Assembly: GCA_963663225.1 (NCBI GenBank)
Contig: OY760142.1
Location: 1,152,001-1,216,000, forward strand
Source: Nitrospirota bacterium
GTDB lineage: Bacteria > Nitrospirota > UBA9217
Reading direction: 5' to 3'
Length of the DNA: 64,000 bases
Position 1 is the stretch's first letter. Every line of letters begins with the position of its first letter. Of this stretch, positions 29,301-36,287 are shown in pieces. Below the pieces are notes generated by a model. It worked only from the letters and a program-made list of their open reading frames with translations. It was not told the DNA's origin and made no database searches. A program made the translations under genes and the position numbers.

Positions 29301-32195
29301 ATAGGTCTCCCGTTTAAACAGATCTGCAGTCACGCTCTGGTTCGTTTTTGGTTTGCCGGCAAGATCGAGAACAAGCACTTGAAATTTGAAGGAATCCTTC
29401 GATGAAACCCAGGAATCCTGCTTGATTCCGATGAGCGCGTCTGAAGGCCACAGCGGAATGTGTGAAGATACGGTTTGCACTTCGCCATTCGGATCACGGA
29501 ATTCCATCTCGGTCAGCATCTCCTGCGGAGTTGCCGTTTTGGGTAAATCCTTAATCGTTGTCCGGACCGAACCGTTTGCATCAAGCGTAAGCTCACTGCT
29601 TCTGGTTTCAGAACGTTTTATTTTTCTCCCTGCGCGTGAAGGCCCTTCTTCATCCTCTTCGCCATACTCTTCATCAGACCGTTCACCTCTGCTTACAATT
29701 CCTTCCTTGACCCTGCCGTTGGCAAAGACGAAATCATCATACTGATTAAAGTTTGTCTGTCTGGGAGCAATTGCCGTTCTGAGCTTTACCGATGCGCCTG
29801 AAGCTCCTCCGCCCGCCAGATACTTCACGAACAGGTCCACGGTCGTTTCTCGTGCATTCACGAGCGGCTCCTTGGAGGCCTGGATAATGCCTTTCATGAG
29901 CGGTACGCGAAATTCTTCTACGCGGAACGATCCGGATACCAAGCCATCGGCTCTGAAATATTCCTCGTCGCCTTCTTCATATCCTCCGATGCTCGTCCGC
30001 TGCTTCTTTTTACTGGCGGATTTTTTGAGCAGCGTAATGGTATATAAACCAAGCTTGGCATCCTTCGGAATTTTCCAGGAAGATTCGGCAGCCCCGTTCT
30101 GGCCCCAAGTCAATGGAAACTCATAGCGCTGATCGCTCCCCTGATGCTGAATCACGACGGTTTTGGGCAAATCCTTCACAAACGAGAAACCGGCGCCGGT
30201 ATGTACCCGGACCAGATGTTTCATGGATACGGTCTCACCGGCGCGCAACAGGCTCCGGTCGGTGATGGAGTGGGCAATGACCGGTCCGCGGTATTCCGCC
30301 TGGCGGTATTCCGCCTGAGGGAGATTGAACCTCCAGGATTCGATTCCCTGATTCCAGGCTGATCGCACGAAGGTCATATCATCTGTTGTCCGCGCGAACA
30401 CGTAATAACCGCCCTCGGAGTACTGTTTACAGCGCGGCAGCTTGTGTTCTTGCTGTAGTTGCTTATTGATAAAGGCGATTCCCTGTTCATCGGTCCTTCC
30501 TTCCCAATGGACGTTTCCTTGGCAGTCTCGTATTGAAACAGCTGCCTCGTTCACTGGTTCGGACTTGTCAAGCGTGGTCACCCAGACAACCGAGGATTCG
30601 CGCCCCTGCTTAAAATGGGCAGCAAGGTTCGTTACCAGAGCCGCGGTCGGTACAAAGTAAGGAAGGGATTCACCGTGAAGCGATTCTCCGAGAATCATGC
30701 TTTCAAGTTCTACCACATAAAACCCGGGTTCCTGCAGCGGAATTCCGATGACTTCAAACGCCTTGGCCCCGTTCGGTTTCGGCATACTGAACGTGCTTAC
30801 GATCTTTTCTTCCCGTGTCCCCGAAAAAACCGACTTCTTTGAATCAGCTTCGGCAACCCGATTCAGCCACAGTATAACGTCTGACTCTGATGCGAAGTTT
30901 TTGATTTTGCCGATGACGCGGCCTGAAAGCGTTCCTTTAATGGTACCAAGCACGGTGTCCGCAGTTTTTTCCGTTGTACTCTTTGCGTCTGCCAGGTCAA
31001 GCGCCTTCATTTTTAATTCAGCCTCTATATTTCTTACTGTTGCCGGCAGCACGGGGTCCGCGCGCTCGATAATTCCAAAGCGGGAAGAAAACTTGGCGAG
31101 CGGTGGATAGTCCGCGGTTTTGACTACAAGCGGATACTTGTCGCTGTTCGAGAGAGGTCGCCCTGCGTCGTCCTGCACTTTTTTGGGCAGGTTTATTAGA
31201 AAAGTTGCACGCGGTGGAAACGGCCCGGAGAAGCGCACTCCCTGAACGTATTCAGGCAGCTTCGCAGACGTTCCGTTTTCATTACCAACGTCCTGCAGGA
31301 CTGGTTTGTATGTTCCGTCGGGCCTCTGAAGGGTAATCGCCTGAGCATATTCCCGCGCTACCGGAGAGGAAAACTGAAGAGAAAATGGAAGAAATGGAAT
31401 ACAATCAGCATCCACATTTTCACGATCACAGTAAAATACAGCCTTAAACGGATCGCGCACCTTAAACGAGAGTTTTTGCTCACTGGATGTCGCTACACCG
31501 GTTTTAGATTCAATGCCTTTGCCCCAGACGAGCCCGACTTTTGCGCTGCTCGGGAAATTCTGTTTACACTGAACAACCAGCAGGGAATATTCGGCGGCTC
31601 CGTCACGCGGTACCCCGAAACGATTGAACTGGCCCTGCGATTTCAGCAAGCGTTCACGATCTGCACCTTTCAGTATCTTCACCCCGATCTGGTCCCGGAT
31701 ACCGTCCACTGAACAGTATGCGCGATTAAGAACTGTTTCTTCCTTCGCTTCTGCGTCAAGTGCAAGAATAAACGCCTGCTCTTCATCAATGTCTCTGCCT
31801 TCATATGGCTGAGATCGTATAATTGCGGGACCTCCGGTATTAAAAGAAAACTTCTTTTGACCGCTTATCTTGCTGCCGGCGAGCGTTTTAAGATCCGGCG
31901 TGACCGCGAAATCACACCGTACTCCGGCAGGCAGATCACGTTCAAAATCATACACCCAGTTTCTGCCATCCATCCACCTGCCCCTGCCTTTTTCCGGACA
32001 TGTTATTTCAAAAGGCTGTACAAGATTGGGATCTGAAAATGGAACCATTTGCTCTGAAAAGTTGGCGGTTACTTGTCTGACTTTTTTTACCTCACCTTGC
32101 GGAGAAAAATGGGACACTGTCTGCTCCGATGCGTAGCCACTGGAGAACAAGAGCGTAATGATTGTACAACCAAATCCCAGCCATGTTCGTCTCAT
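26397..32195 (-). CDS. Bacterial alpha-2-macroglobulin
   Basis: 1932 aa; TDRSL.R.GE, VEEFR.P, AVDE, thioester motif YPYTCMEQ, EALYSPE. Confidence 0.93.
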   Translation of the reverse strand: MRRTWLGFGCTIITLLFSSGYASEQTVSHFSPQGEVKKVRQVTANFSEQMVPFSDPNLVQPFEITCPEKGRGRWMDGRNWVYDFERDLPAGVRCDFAVTPDLKTLAGSKISGQKKFSFNTGGPAIIRSQPYEGRDIDEEQAFILALDAEAKEETVLNRAYCSVDGIRDQIGVKILKGADRERLLKSQGQFNRFGVPRDGAAEYSLLVVQCKQNFPSSAKVGLVWGKGIESKTGVATSSEQKLSFKVRDPFKAVFYCDRENVDADCIPFLPFSLQFSSPVAREYAQAITLQRPDGTYKPVLQDVGNENGTSAKLPEYVQGVRFSGPFPPRATFLINLPKKVQDDAGRPLSNSDKYPLVVKTADYPPLAKFSSRFGIIERADPVLPATVRNIEAELKMKALDLADAKSTTEKTADTVLGTIKGTLSGRVIGKIKNFASESDVILWLNRVAEADSKKSVFSGTREEKIVSTFSMPKPNGAKAFEVIGIPLQEPGFYVVELESMILGESLHGESLPYFVPTAALVTNLAAHFKQGRESSVVWVTTLDKSEPVNEAAVSIRDCQGNVHWEGRTDEQGIAFINKQLQQEHKLPRCKQYSEGGYYVFARTTDDMTFVRSAWNQGIESWRFNLPQAEYRQAEYRGPVIAHSITDRSLLRAGETVSMKHLVRVHTGAGFSFVKDLPKTVVIQHQGSDQRYEFPLTWGQNGAAESSWKIPKDAKLGLYTITLLKKSASKKKQRTSIGGYEEGDEEYFRADGLVSGSFRVEEFRVPLMKGIIQASKEPLVNARETTVDLFVKYLAGGGASGASVKLRTAIAPRQTNFNQYDDFVFANGRVKEGIVSRGERSDEEYGEEDEEGPSRAGRKIKRSETRSSELTLDANGSVRTTIKDLPKTATPQEMLTEMEFRDPNGEVQTVSSHIPLWPSDALIGIKQDSWVSSKDSFKFQVLVLDLAGKPKTNQSVTADLFKRETYSHRKRLIGGFYAYEHSTEIKKIKQICEGRTDAKGLLFCDSSSPVSGNVIIQARTTDNNGNESIANRDIWIADKSEWWFDVTDNDRIDLLPEQKQYEPGETARFQVRMPFREATALVTVEREGVMEATIKKLSGKMPVIDVPMKGNYAPNVFVSVLCVRGRLGEPKPTALVDLGRPAYKLGIAEVNVGWRSHELRVFLTPEKQVYHTRDKAKVRIKVRTRDKNNPWPPKNTELAVAAVDEGLLELMPNKSWKLLDGMMGRRGYEVHTATAQMQVVGKRHYGLKAYPAGGGGGKTTTREMFDTLLLWKGRVKLNENGEASVEIPLNDSLTSFRIVAVANAEAGLFGSGETSIRTTQDLMLLSGLPPVLREGDRYRAGFTIRNASERSMDVEISASVKNASVKPDLKTERLAAGEARELFWDAAVPMNIESVVWSVAAKEKNGPAIDKLRITQKIAETIQPKVLQATITQIEKPQSLAIEKPRDAFPAKGGIYVSFRKKLSNGMGGVTWYMKNYPYTCMEQKVSRAIALRDASLWKSVTADLPAYLDPDGLVKYFPTCSVGSDTLTAYLLSVSNEAGWEIPADLKNRLLTGLRGFIEGKVVRWSSIPTADVSIRKLAALEALSRYNKAEPRLLGSITLEPNLWPTSAVLDWMNVLMRGQNMPERDAKMKEAEQIIRSRLNFQGTTMGFSTEKSDYLWWLMISADVNAVKTVLTFLDHDQWNEDMPRLVRGAMGRQHHGAWNTTTANAWGVLAMEKFSKKFESAPVTGISSGTLDANTKSVNWKTAAEGSGVIFGWPQKKTELAIAHQGTGKPWATIQSIAAIPTKEPFSSGYTIRKSLLPIEQKHKGRWSRGDVLRVRLDIESQADMTWVAVNDPIPAGAAILGSGLGGDSKILTKDETKNGMAWPVFTERTFTAYRAYYEYVSKGKWSLEYTVRLNTSGTFELPETRVEALYSPELFGEIPNKKMEIGQ
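30288..30317. repeat. Perfect 15-bp tandem duplication within the A2M gene
   Basis: gcggtattccgcctg x2, encodes QAEYR-QAEYR. Confidence 0.9.
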
Positions 32196-32562
32196 GATTA
32201 ACTCCCATAAAATGATATCCGGTTTCTGTTTTTACCTGCAGCCCCTGCGTTTAAACTTTTTCGTCGCAAGAAGGATCTAATTTATCAAGCCGTTATTCTT
32301 TTGACCGTGCTGCTCGCTGTGAGGAATTATACTATTTTACAATATGTTCAGGATAAGGAAATTAGTTTTTGCGGCAAGAAGATCTACAGTGTTCTGGAGT
32401 GTATACGTTTCTTAAATTCTTAGTCTATTTCTCGATAAAAATTGAGCCTAACACTAATATATACCCTTGTCAACCTTCATAGTATCGTAAATATATGAAG
32501 TGAGCATATGGAAATTCCGAAGGGCAAAAAGAATGATTTTTATAGCCGATAGAATTTTTTGG

Positions 32563-32601
32563 TGTAAACTGTTTTTAATGGTTTTGTAACACTCTTGTAA
32601 C
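32563..32601 (+). promoter_or_regulatory. Pho-box/OmpR-type tandem half-sites
   Basis: TGTAAA, TTTAAT, TGTAAC, TGTAAC at 32563/32574/32585/32596 (11-bp period). Confidence 0.5.
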
Positions 32602-32656
32602 AATTTGGTCGTACAAATATAGTATTCAACTGCTCGAACGAAACGGCGGATCAAGT

Positions 32657-33652
32657 ATGAATGATCTTTCTTCCATCTCAAAAGAAAATTTTTCAATGCT
32701 GGACCTTCAAAATGAAGAAACAACGGCCGGTTCTTTTATCAGACCGGCTTTGAGTGTGCCGCCTGACATGATTGCTTCAAAAATCGCTGATTATTTTTTC
32801 CGTTTTCCTAAAGTCGAGGCTCTGGCAGTTGTTGATGAGACGAAGCCGGTTGCTCTGGTGACAAGGCAAAAACTTATGGCTAAACTATTGTACCGGTTTG
32901 GGCAGGACCTGTTCGGCAAACATCCCATTATCTCTCTCGCCGACACTTCGCCGCTCATTATCAGTGAATTGGAACGTTTAGATGCCGTTATTGCAAAAGC
33001 AATCGAAAGAGACACCAGCGTGGCGTATGATGACATCATTGTTATTGATGAAGGCGGCCGTTTCAAGGGCCTCCTTTCCATGAAAGAGCTGGTGATACAG
33101 CAAAGCAATATTCTCGCTAAAAAAGTCAGTCAAAATCTGCAAATGATCGAAATGTTGAAGGAACTTGCACATCAGGATCCGCTGACCGGTTTATTCAACA
33201 AGAGGCATTTTTTTGAAATAGGGACAGCTCTTCATAATGCTGCTGTGCGCAATAATTTTAAAGTGGCTGTTTTTGTTGCAGATATTGACAATTTCAAGCA
33301 GGTTAACGATACGTATGGACATGACGCCGGTGACGTTGTTCTCATCAGAACCGCGCAATTGCTAAAAAATATTTTCAGGCGACAGGATGATATCATCGGC
33401 AGATTTGGCGGAGATGAATTTTCCGCGATTGTCCTTTTTAACGATATGTCATTTCTTCAGGCGCTCGCAGACAAATTGCGTCGTCATGTTCAGCAACAAA
33501 GCATTGTATACGGTAGAGAGAGAATTCGTATTACCGTGTCTCTCGGCTGCTGCACAAAAAAATTAAGTACGCTAAAGGACATGATAAAAAATGCGGATGA
33601 TTTGCTTTACGAGGCCAAAAGAGGCGGGAAAAATGCTGCCTGTGTTTTATAA
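32657..33652 (+). CDS. CBS-pair + GGDEF diguanylate cyclase
   Basis: DPLTGLFN, DIDNFKQVNDTYGH.AGD, RQDD I-site, RFGGDEF. Confidence 0.92.
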   Translation: MNDLSSISKENFSMLDLQNEETTAGSFIRPALSVPPDMIASKIADYFFRFPKVEALAVVDETKPVALVTRQKLMAKLLYRFGQDLFGKHPIISLADTSPLIISELERLDAVIAKAIERDTSVAYDDIIVIDEGGRFKGLLSMKELVIQQSNILAKKVSQNLQMIEMLKELAHQDPLTGLFNKRHFFEIGTALHNAAVRNNFKVAVFVADIDNFKQVNDTYGHDAGDVVLIRTAQLLKNIFRRQDDIIGRFGGDEFSAIVLFNDMSFLQALADKLRRHVQQQSIVYGRERIRITVSLGCCTKKLSTLKDMIKNADDLLYEAKRGGKNAACVL

Positions 33653-33673
33653 ATGTTTTTTCTGCAACAGAAC

Positions 33674-33708
33674 AAAAAACAGCTGGCTTCTTCTGAAGCC
33701 AGCTGTTT
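33674..33708. terminator. Bidirectional terminator; probable original tRNA-Asn terminator of the empty site
   Basis: aaacagctggcttc-ttct-gaagccagctgttt, 8 bp from the att core. Confidence 0.85.
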
Positions 33709-33866
33709 CTATTTTATGGCTCCGCGAAGATGATAAAAAAGGGCAATGGCGAGAATTAATCTTGATAAATGAGAACTGAACTGTCAATAACGGGCGATTT
33801 ACCGAGTCGGCGTTAGTGACGATTTGCTCTCAAAGGTGATAGCATGTCTACCCTATTTATTCTGCA

Positions 33867-34853
33867 CTAAGTGAGATTTTCTTCTATTGCTCTTCCTAGT
33901 TGTTTTTCCCAGCCCTTACGATGAACTATTCTCGTAAAGCCACTCATCTTACCGCTGAGAAGATCAATACGGCTCATCTTGCTGAGTTTCGCCCAGTCTT
34001 CAAACATCACATAGATTGCGTTACCATATTCAAGATTCTCGAACGCAACAAGTTTATCGGTAAATTGCGCCCCAAAGTATCTGCGAAAACCATTAGTACC
34101 TCGAATAAAAGCAATTGGGTTAAATTTCAGCAGTAAATCATATCTTGAGGCAATCTTTTTTCTGAGTTCGTCTGAGGAAGATCGAAAACCAGAAAAAATT
34201 TTGCTTATTGTTTCATTTCTTTCACCCGTAGGAAGTATTTCCCATTCGAGATAAATAGTTTTTAAATAATCATCTAAAGTAGCCTCGCTCAGAAAGACGT
34301 CGATAATTCCAACATTTTCCTGTAGGAGATTTAAATTGCAAAGCAATTTTTCTTGATATTTTTTATCTATCTTACTCAAAACCTCGTTGACTATAAATTT
34401 TAACACATAAAACTTTTCACCCTTTATTTCTTCTCCTATTAACTCAATCTTAATTTCGATTAAACCCGGTGCAATATAATCTCGCTGATAGATTTCTTTT
34501 TCGAACTCAACTTCATGAGATCCTTTACTCCAATCTCCAAAATTTGGAGTATAAAAAGAATATTTTTTTGTTCGCATGGGTAAATCTTTTCGTACAACCT
34601 CAATACCATTTATGTTCCTTTTGGAATATTTTCCCACTTCTTCTTTAGGGATTAATGTGCTCGGAAATTGCACTTTACCATCTTTTAATTGGATCGACAG
34701 ATGCTTGTATTTGTTAGCGATAATATCGTTTACCGAAATTTTTTTAACACATGCTACAAGAAAATCTTTATTTGAAAATTTAACAATTTTGGCCATTATC
34801 CAACCCGGTATTTTGCGCAGATTCTGTTTCCAACTAATTTTATTTTTTTTCAT
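33867..34853 (-). CDS. Uncharacterised 328-aa cargo protein
   Basis: Long AT-rich ORF, GAGG before ATG; no family recognised. Confidence 0.8.
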   Translation of the reverse strand: MKKNKISWKQNLRKIPGWIMAKIVKFSNKDFLVACVKKISVNDIIANKYKHLSIQLKDGKVQFPSTLIPKEEVGKYSKRNINGIEVVRKDLPMRTKKYSFYTPNFGDWSKGSHEVEFEKEIYQRDYIAPGLIEIKIELIGEEIKGEKFYVLKFIVNEVLSKIDKKYQEKLLCNLNLLQENVGIIDVFLSEATLDDYLKTIYLEWEILPTGERNETISKIFSGFRSSSDELRKKIASRYDLLLKFNPIAFIRGTNGFRRYFGAQFTDKLVAFENLEYGNAIYVMFEDWAKLSKMSRIDLLSGKMSGFTRIVHRKGWEKQLGRAIEENLT

Positions 34854-34896
34854 ATCTTGTCCTCTTGGGTGTTGATTGTTATTTTAATTTGAGCAC

Positions 34897-34933
34897 AAAA
34901 AATAAGGGCAGATTATATGATTATAATCTGCCC
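34897..34933 (-). terminator. Intrinsic terminator between the 39-aa ORF and the cargo gene
   Basis: gggcagattata-N4-tataatctgccc then TTATTTTTT on minus strand. Confidence 0.75.
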
Positions 34934-34943
34934 CCACTTGCCA

Positions 34944-35063
34944 CTATTTATGAAGCGGCCATGCTTTGTACCCGTAGTCTCTTGCGTCCATGATCACGCC
35001 GGTTTTCCAATGCTTAAACCGGACAACGAACCTGGCTCTCGGTTTCCGTCTCTTTGTTCGCAT
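34944..35063 (-). CDS. 39-aa basic peptide MRTKRRKPRARFVVRFKHWKTGVIMDARDYGYKAWPLHK
   Basis: GGAGG 7 nt before ATG, stop followed by a terminator; below the ORF-track cutoff. Confidence 0.7.
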   Translation of the reverse strand: MRTKRRKPRARFVVRFKHWKTGVIMDARDYGYKAWPLHK

Positions 35064-35117
35064 AAGCGGTCCTCCATTTCCGGTAGCCCTTAACAGTAGA
35101 CTGTTTATGCTTTTTTG

Positions 35118-35146
35118 TTGACATGTGATATCGCCGGTGATATCAT
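35118..35146 (+). promoter_or_regulatory. sigma70 promoter with a dyad across spacer and -10
   Basis: TTGACA-17 bp-TATCAT; TGATATC-N6-GATATCA at 35126-35145. Confidence 0.7.
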
Positions 35147-35151
35147 TTTAT

Positions 35152-35245
35152 AACTAGGTGTCTACTGGTGTCCCGCCGGACTACCTCAATAAGCAGGGCA
35201 CAATCTTTTTAAAGCACCCCGCTGGCTGCAACCAGCGGGTTTTGC
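35152..35245 (+). ncRNA. Candidate ~95-nt small RNA
   Basis: Lies between the above promoter and terminator cccgctgg-N6-ccagcggg-TTTT; no ATG-initiated ORF. Confidence 0.55.
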
Positions 35246-35249
35246 TTTT

Positions 35250-35750
35250 CTAAGCTGCCTTGTCAAGCTCCTTTACTTTTACCTCAACTTCTTGCACAAG
35301 TTTTCCAATTGATAACATAAATACTACTTGTCCTTGATGGGTTAGTGTATCGATTGCTTTCAGGAACTCGGTATCATCTTTTACAACCTTGACTATTGTT
35401 TTGCCGTAAATTAATAGTCGTGCTGTAAGTGGCATTGTTTCTCCCAACTCTTCATTAAGGTACTCGGCGCTTTTACGAATTTGTTGTATTGACATTCCGC
35501 CTTCAAGCAATGCGTTAATTGTGCTTATTTGAATTAAATCGTTAAAACTGTAAATTCTCGAAGAACCCCTCCCTTCCGAGGTTAGAATTGAAGGTTTTAT
35601 CAAACCAGTTCTAACCCAATAATCTAATTGCCGTGGTGAGATGTTCTTAAAAAGCTTTGTTACAGTTTTATTTGTGAATGCCGCCAGCTTCTTCTCCTCC
35701 TTTGAGTGCTCCATACTAAAACCTCCCTCCTGTCTATGCTGCTCGTTCAT
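35250..35750 (-). CDS. MerR-family HTH regulator (Rv1830-like architecture)
   Basis: ISPRQLDYWVRTGLIKPS...GRGSSRIYSFNDL; two in-frame ATGs (35750, 35714), each with an SD. Confidence 0.85.
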   Translation of the reverse strand: MNEQHRQEGGFSMEHSKEEKKLAAFTNKTVTKLFKNISPRQLDYWVRTGLIKPSILTSEGRGSSRIYSFNDLIQISTINALLEGGMSIQQIRKSAEYLNEELGETMPLTARLLIYGKTIVKVVKDDTEFLKAIDTLTHQGQVVFMLSIGKLVQEVEVKVKELDKAA

Positions 35751-35837
35751 AACCTCCTTTCCTAGTAATAATGACAAAATATATTTTTTTTGTCATTTTG
35801 TCAAGTTTTTTGTTTTAGTACACATATTTAGTATTAT

Positions 35838-35864
35838 AACCCCCGTTTTGGTAACACGGGGGTT
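35838..35864 (+). other. Putative rolling-circle nick-site hairpin (dso/oriT)
   Basis: AACCCCCGT-TTTGGTAAC-ACGGGGGTT, resembling MOBT/Rep_trans C-run/TAAC/G-run hairpins. Confidence 0.65.
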
Positions 35865-35918
35865 CAGAAATACATTTCTGTGATTATAATGGATTACATT
35901 TTTCCCTTCATTTTTTAG

Positions 35919-35958
35919 TTGACAGCAGCTCATGCTAATGCTACTATACCAATAGTAG
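35919..35958 (+). promoter_or_regulatory. Promoter of the RHH-rep-integrase operon with overlapping palindrome
   Basis: TTGACA-17 bp-TACTAT (TG-extended); CTACTAT-N4-ATAGTAG at 35941-35958. Confidence 0.7.
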
Positions 35959-36008
35959 TATAGTGGTATTTAAGTATAAAATAACTTAAAAAAGAGAAGG
36001 TATAGCTT

Positions 36009-36287
36009 ATGAGAAAAAAAATCACATTATCTCTTGATCCAGACGTTTATGATGCACTGCAGGAATTACCAAGGAAAGTTTCAATTTCAGAGTTTATTTC
36101 GTGGTGTGTAAAAGCAGCGTTTGAAGACATCAAGCGCGGTCACGTTATGAGTGATGAGGAATTTAAAAAATGGCTTGAAAGTTCTCCAGATGCAAAAGAG
36201 TTTCGTGATCGCCTAAAAGAACAATGGGGCCCGACTGTTCGAAAAATTGATGATAAATTGCATCTCCGAAAAAATCAAAATGAATAA
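36009..36287 (+). CDS. Small ribbon-helix-helix-like (CopG-type) protein
   Basis: KKITLSLD beta-ribbon pattern, then helix and SISEFI; first gene before rep. Confidence 0.6.
   Translation: MRKKITLSLDPDVYDALQELPRKVSISEFISWCVKAAFEDIKRGHVMSDEEFKKWLESSPDAKEFRDRLKEQWGPTVRKIDDKLHLRKNQNE

Noticed and set aside
33591-33779. 62-aa ORF spanning the att junction as an independent gene
   Set aside because: Crosses a terminator; only its last 20 codons are meaningful, as the attP-side integrase tail
34944-35245. Classical type I toxin-antitoxin interpretation of peptide plus sRNA
   Set aside because: Peptide is basic, not hydrophobic, and the sRNA is not complementary to its SD or CDS; kept only as the broader regulatory hypothesis
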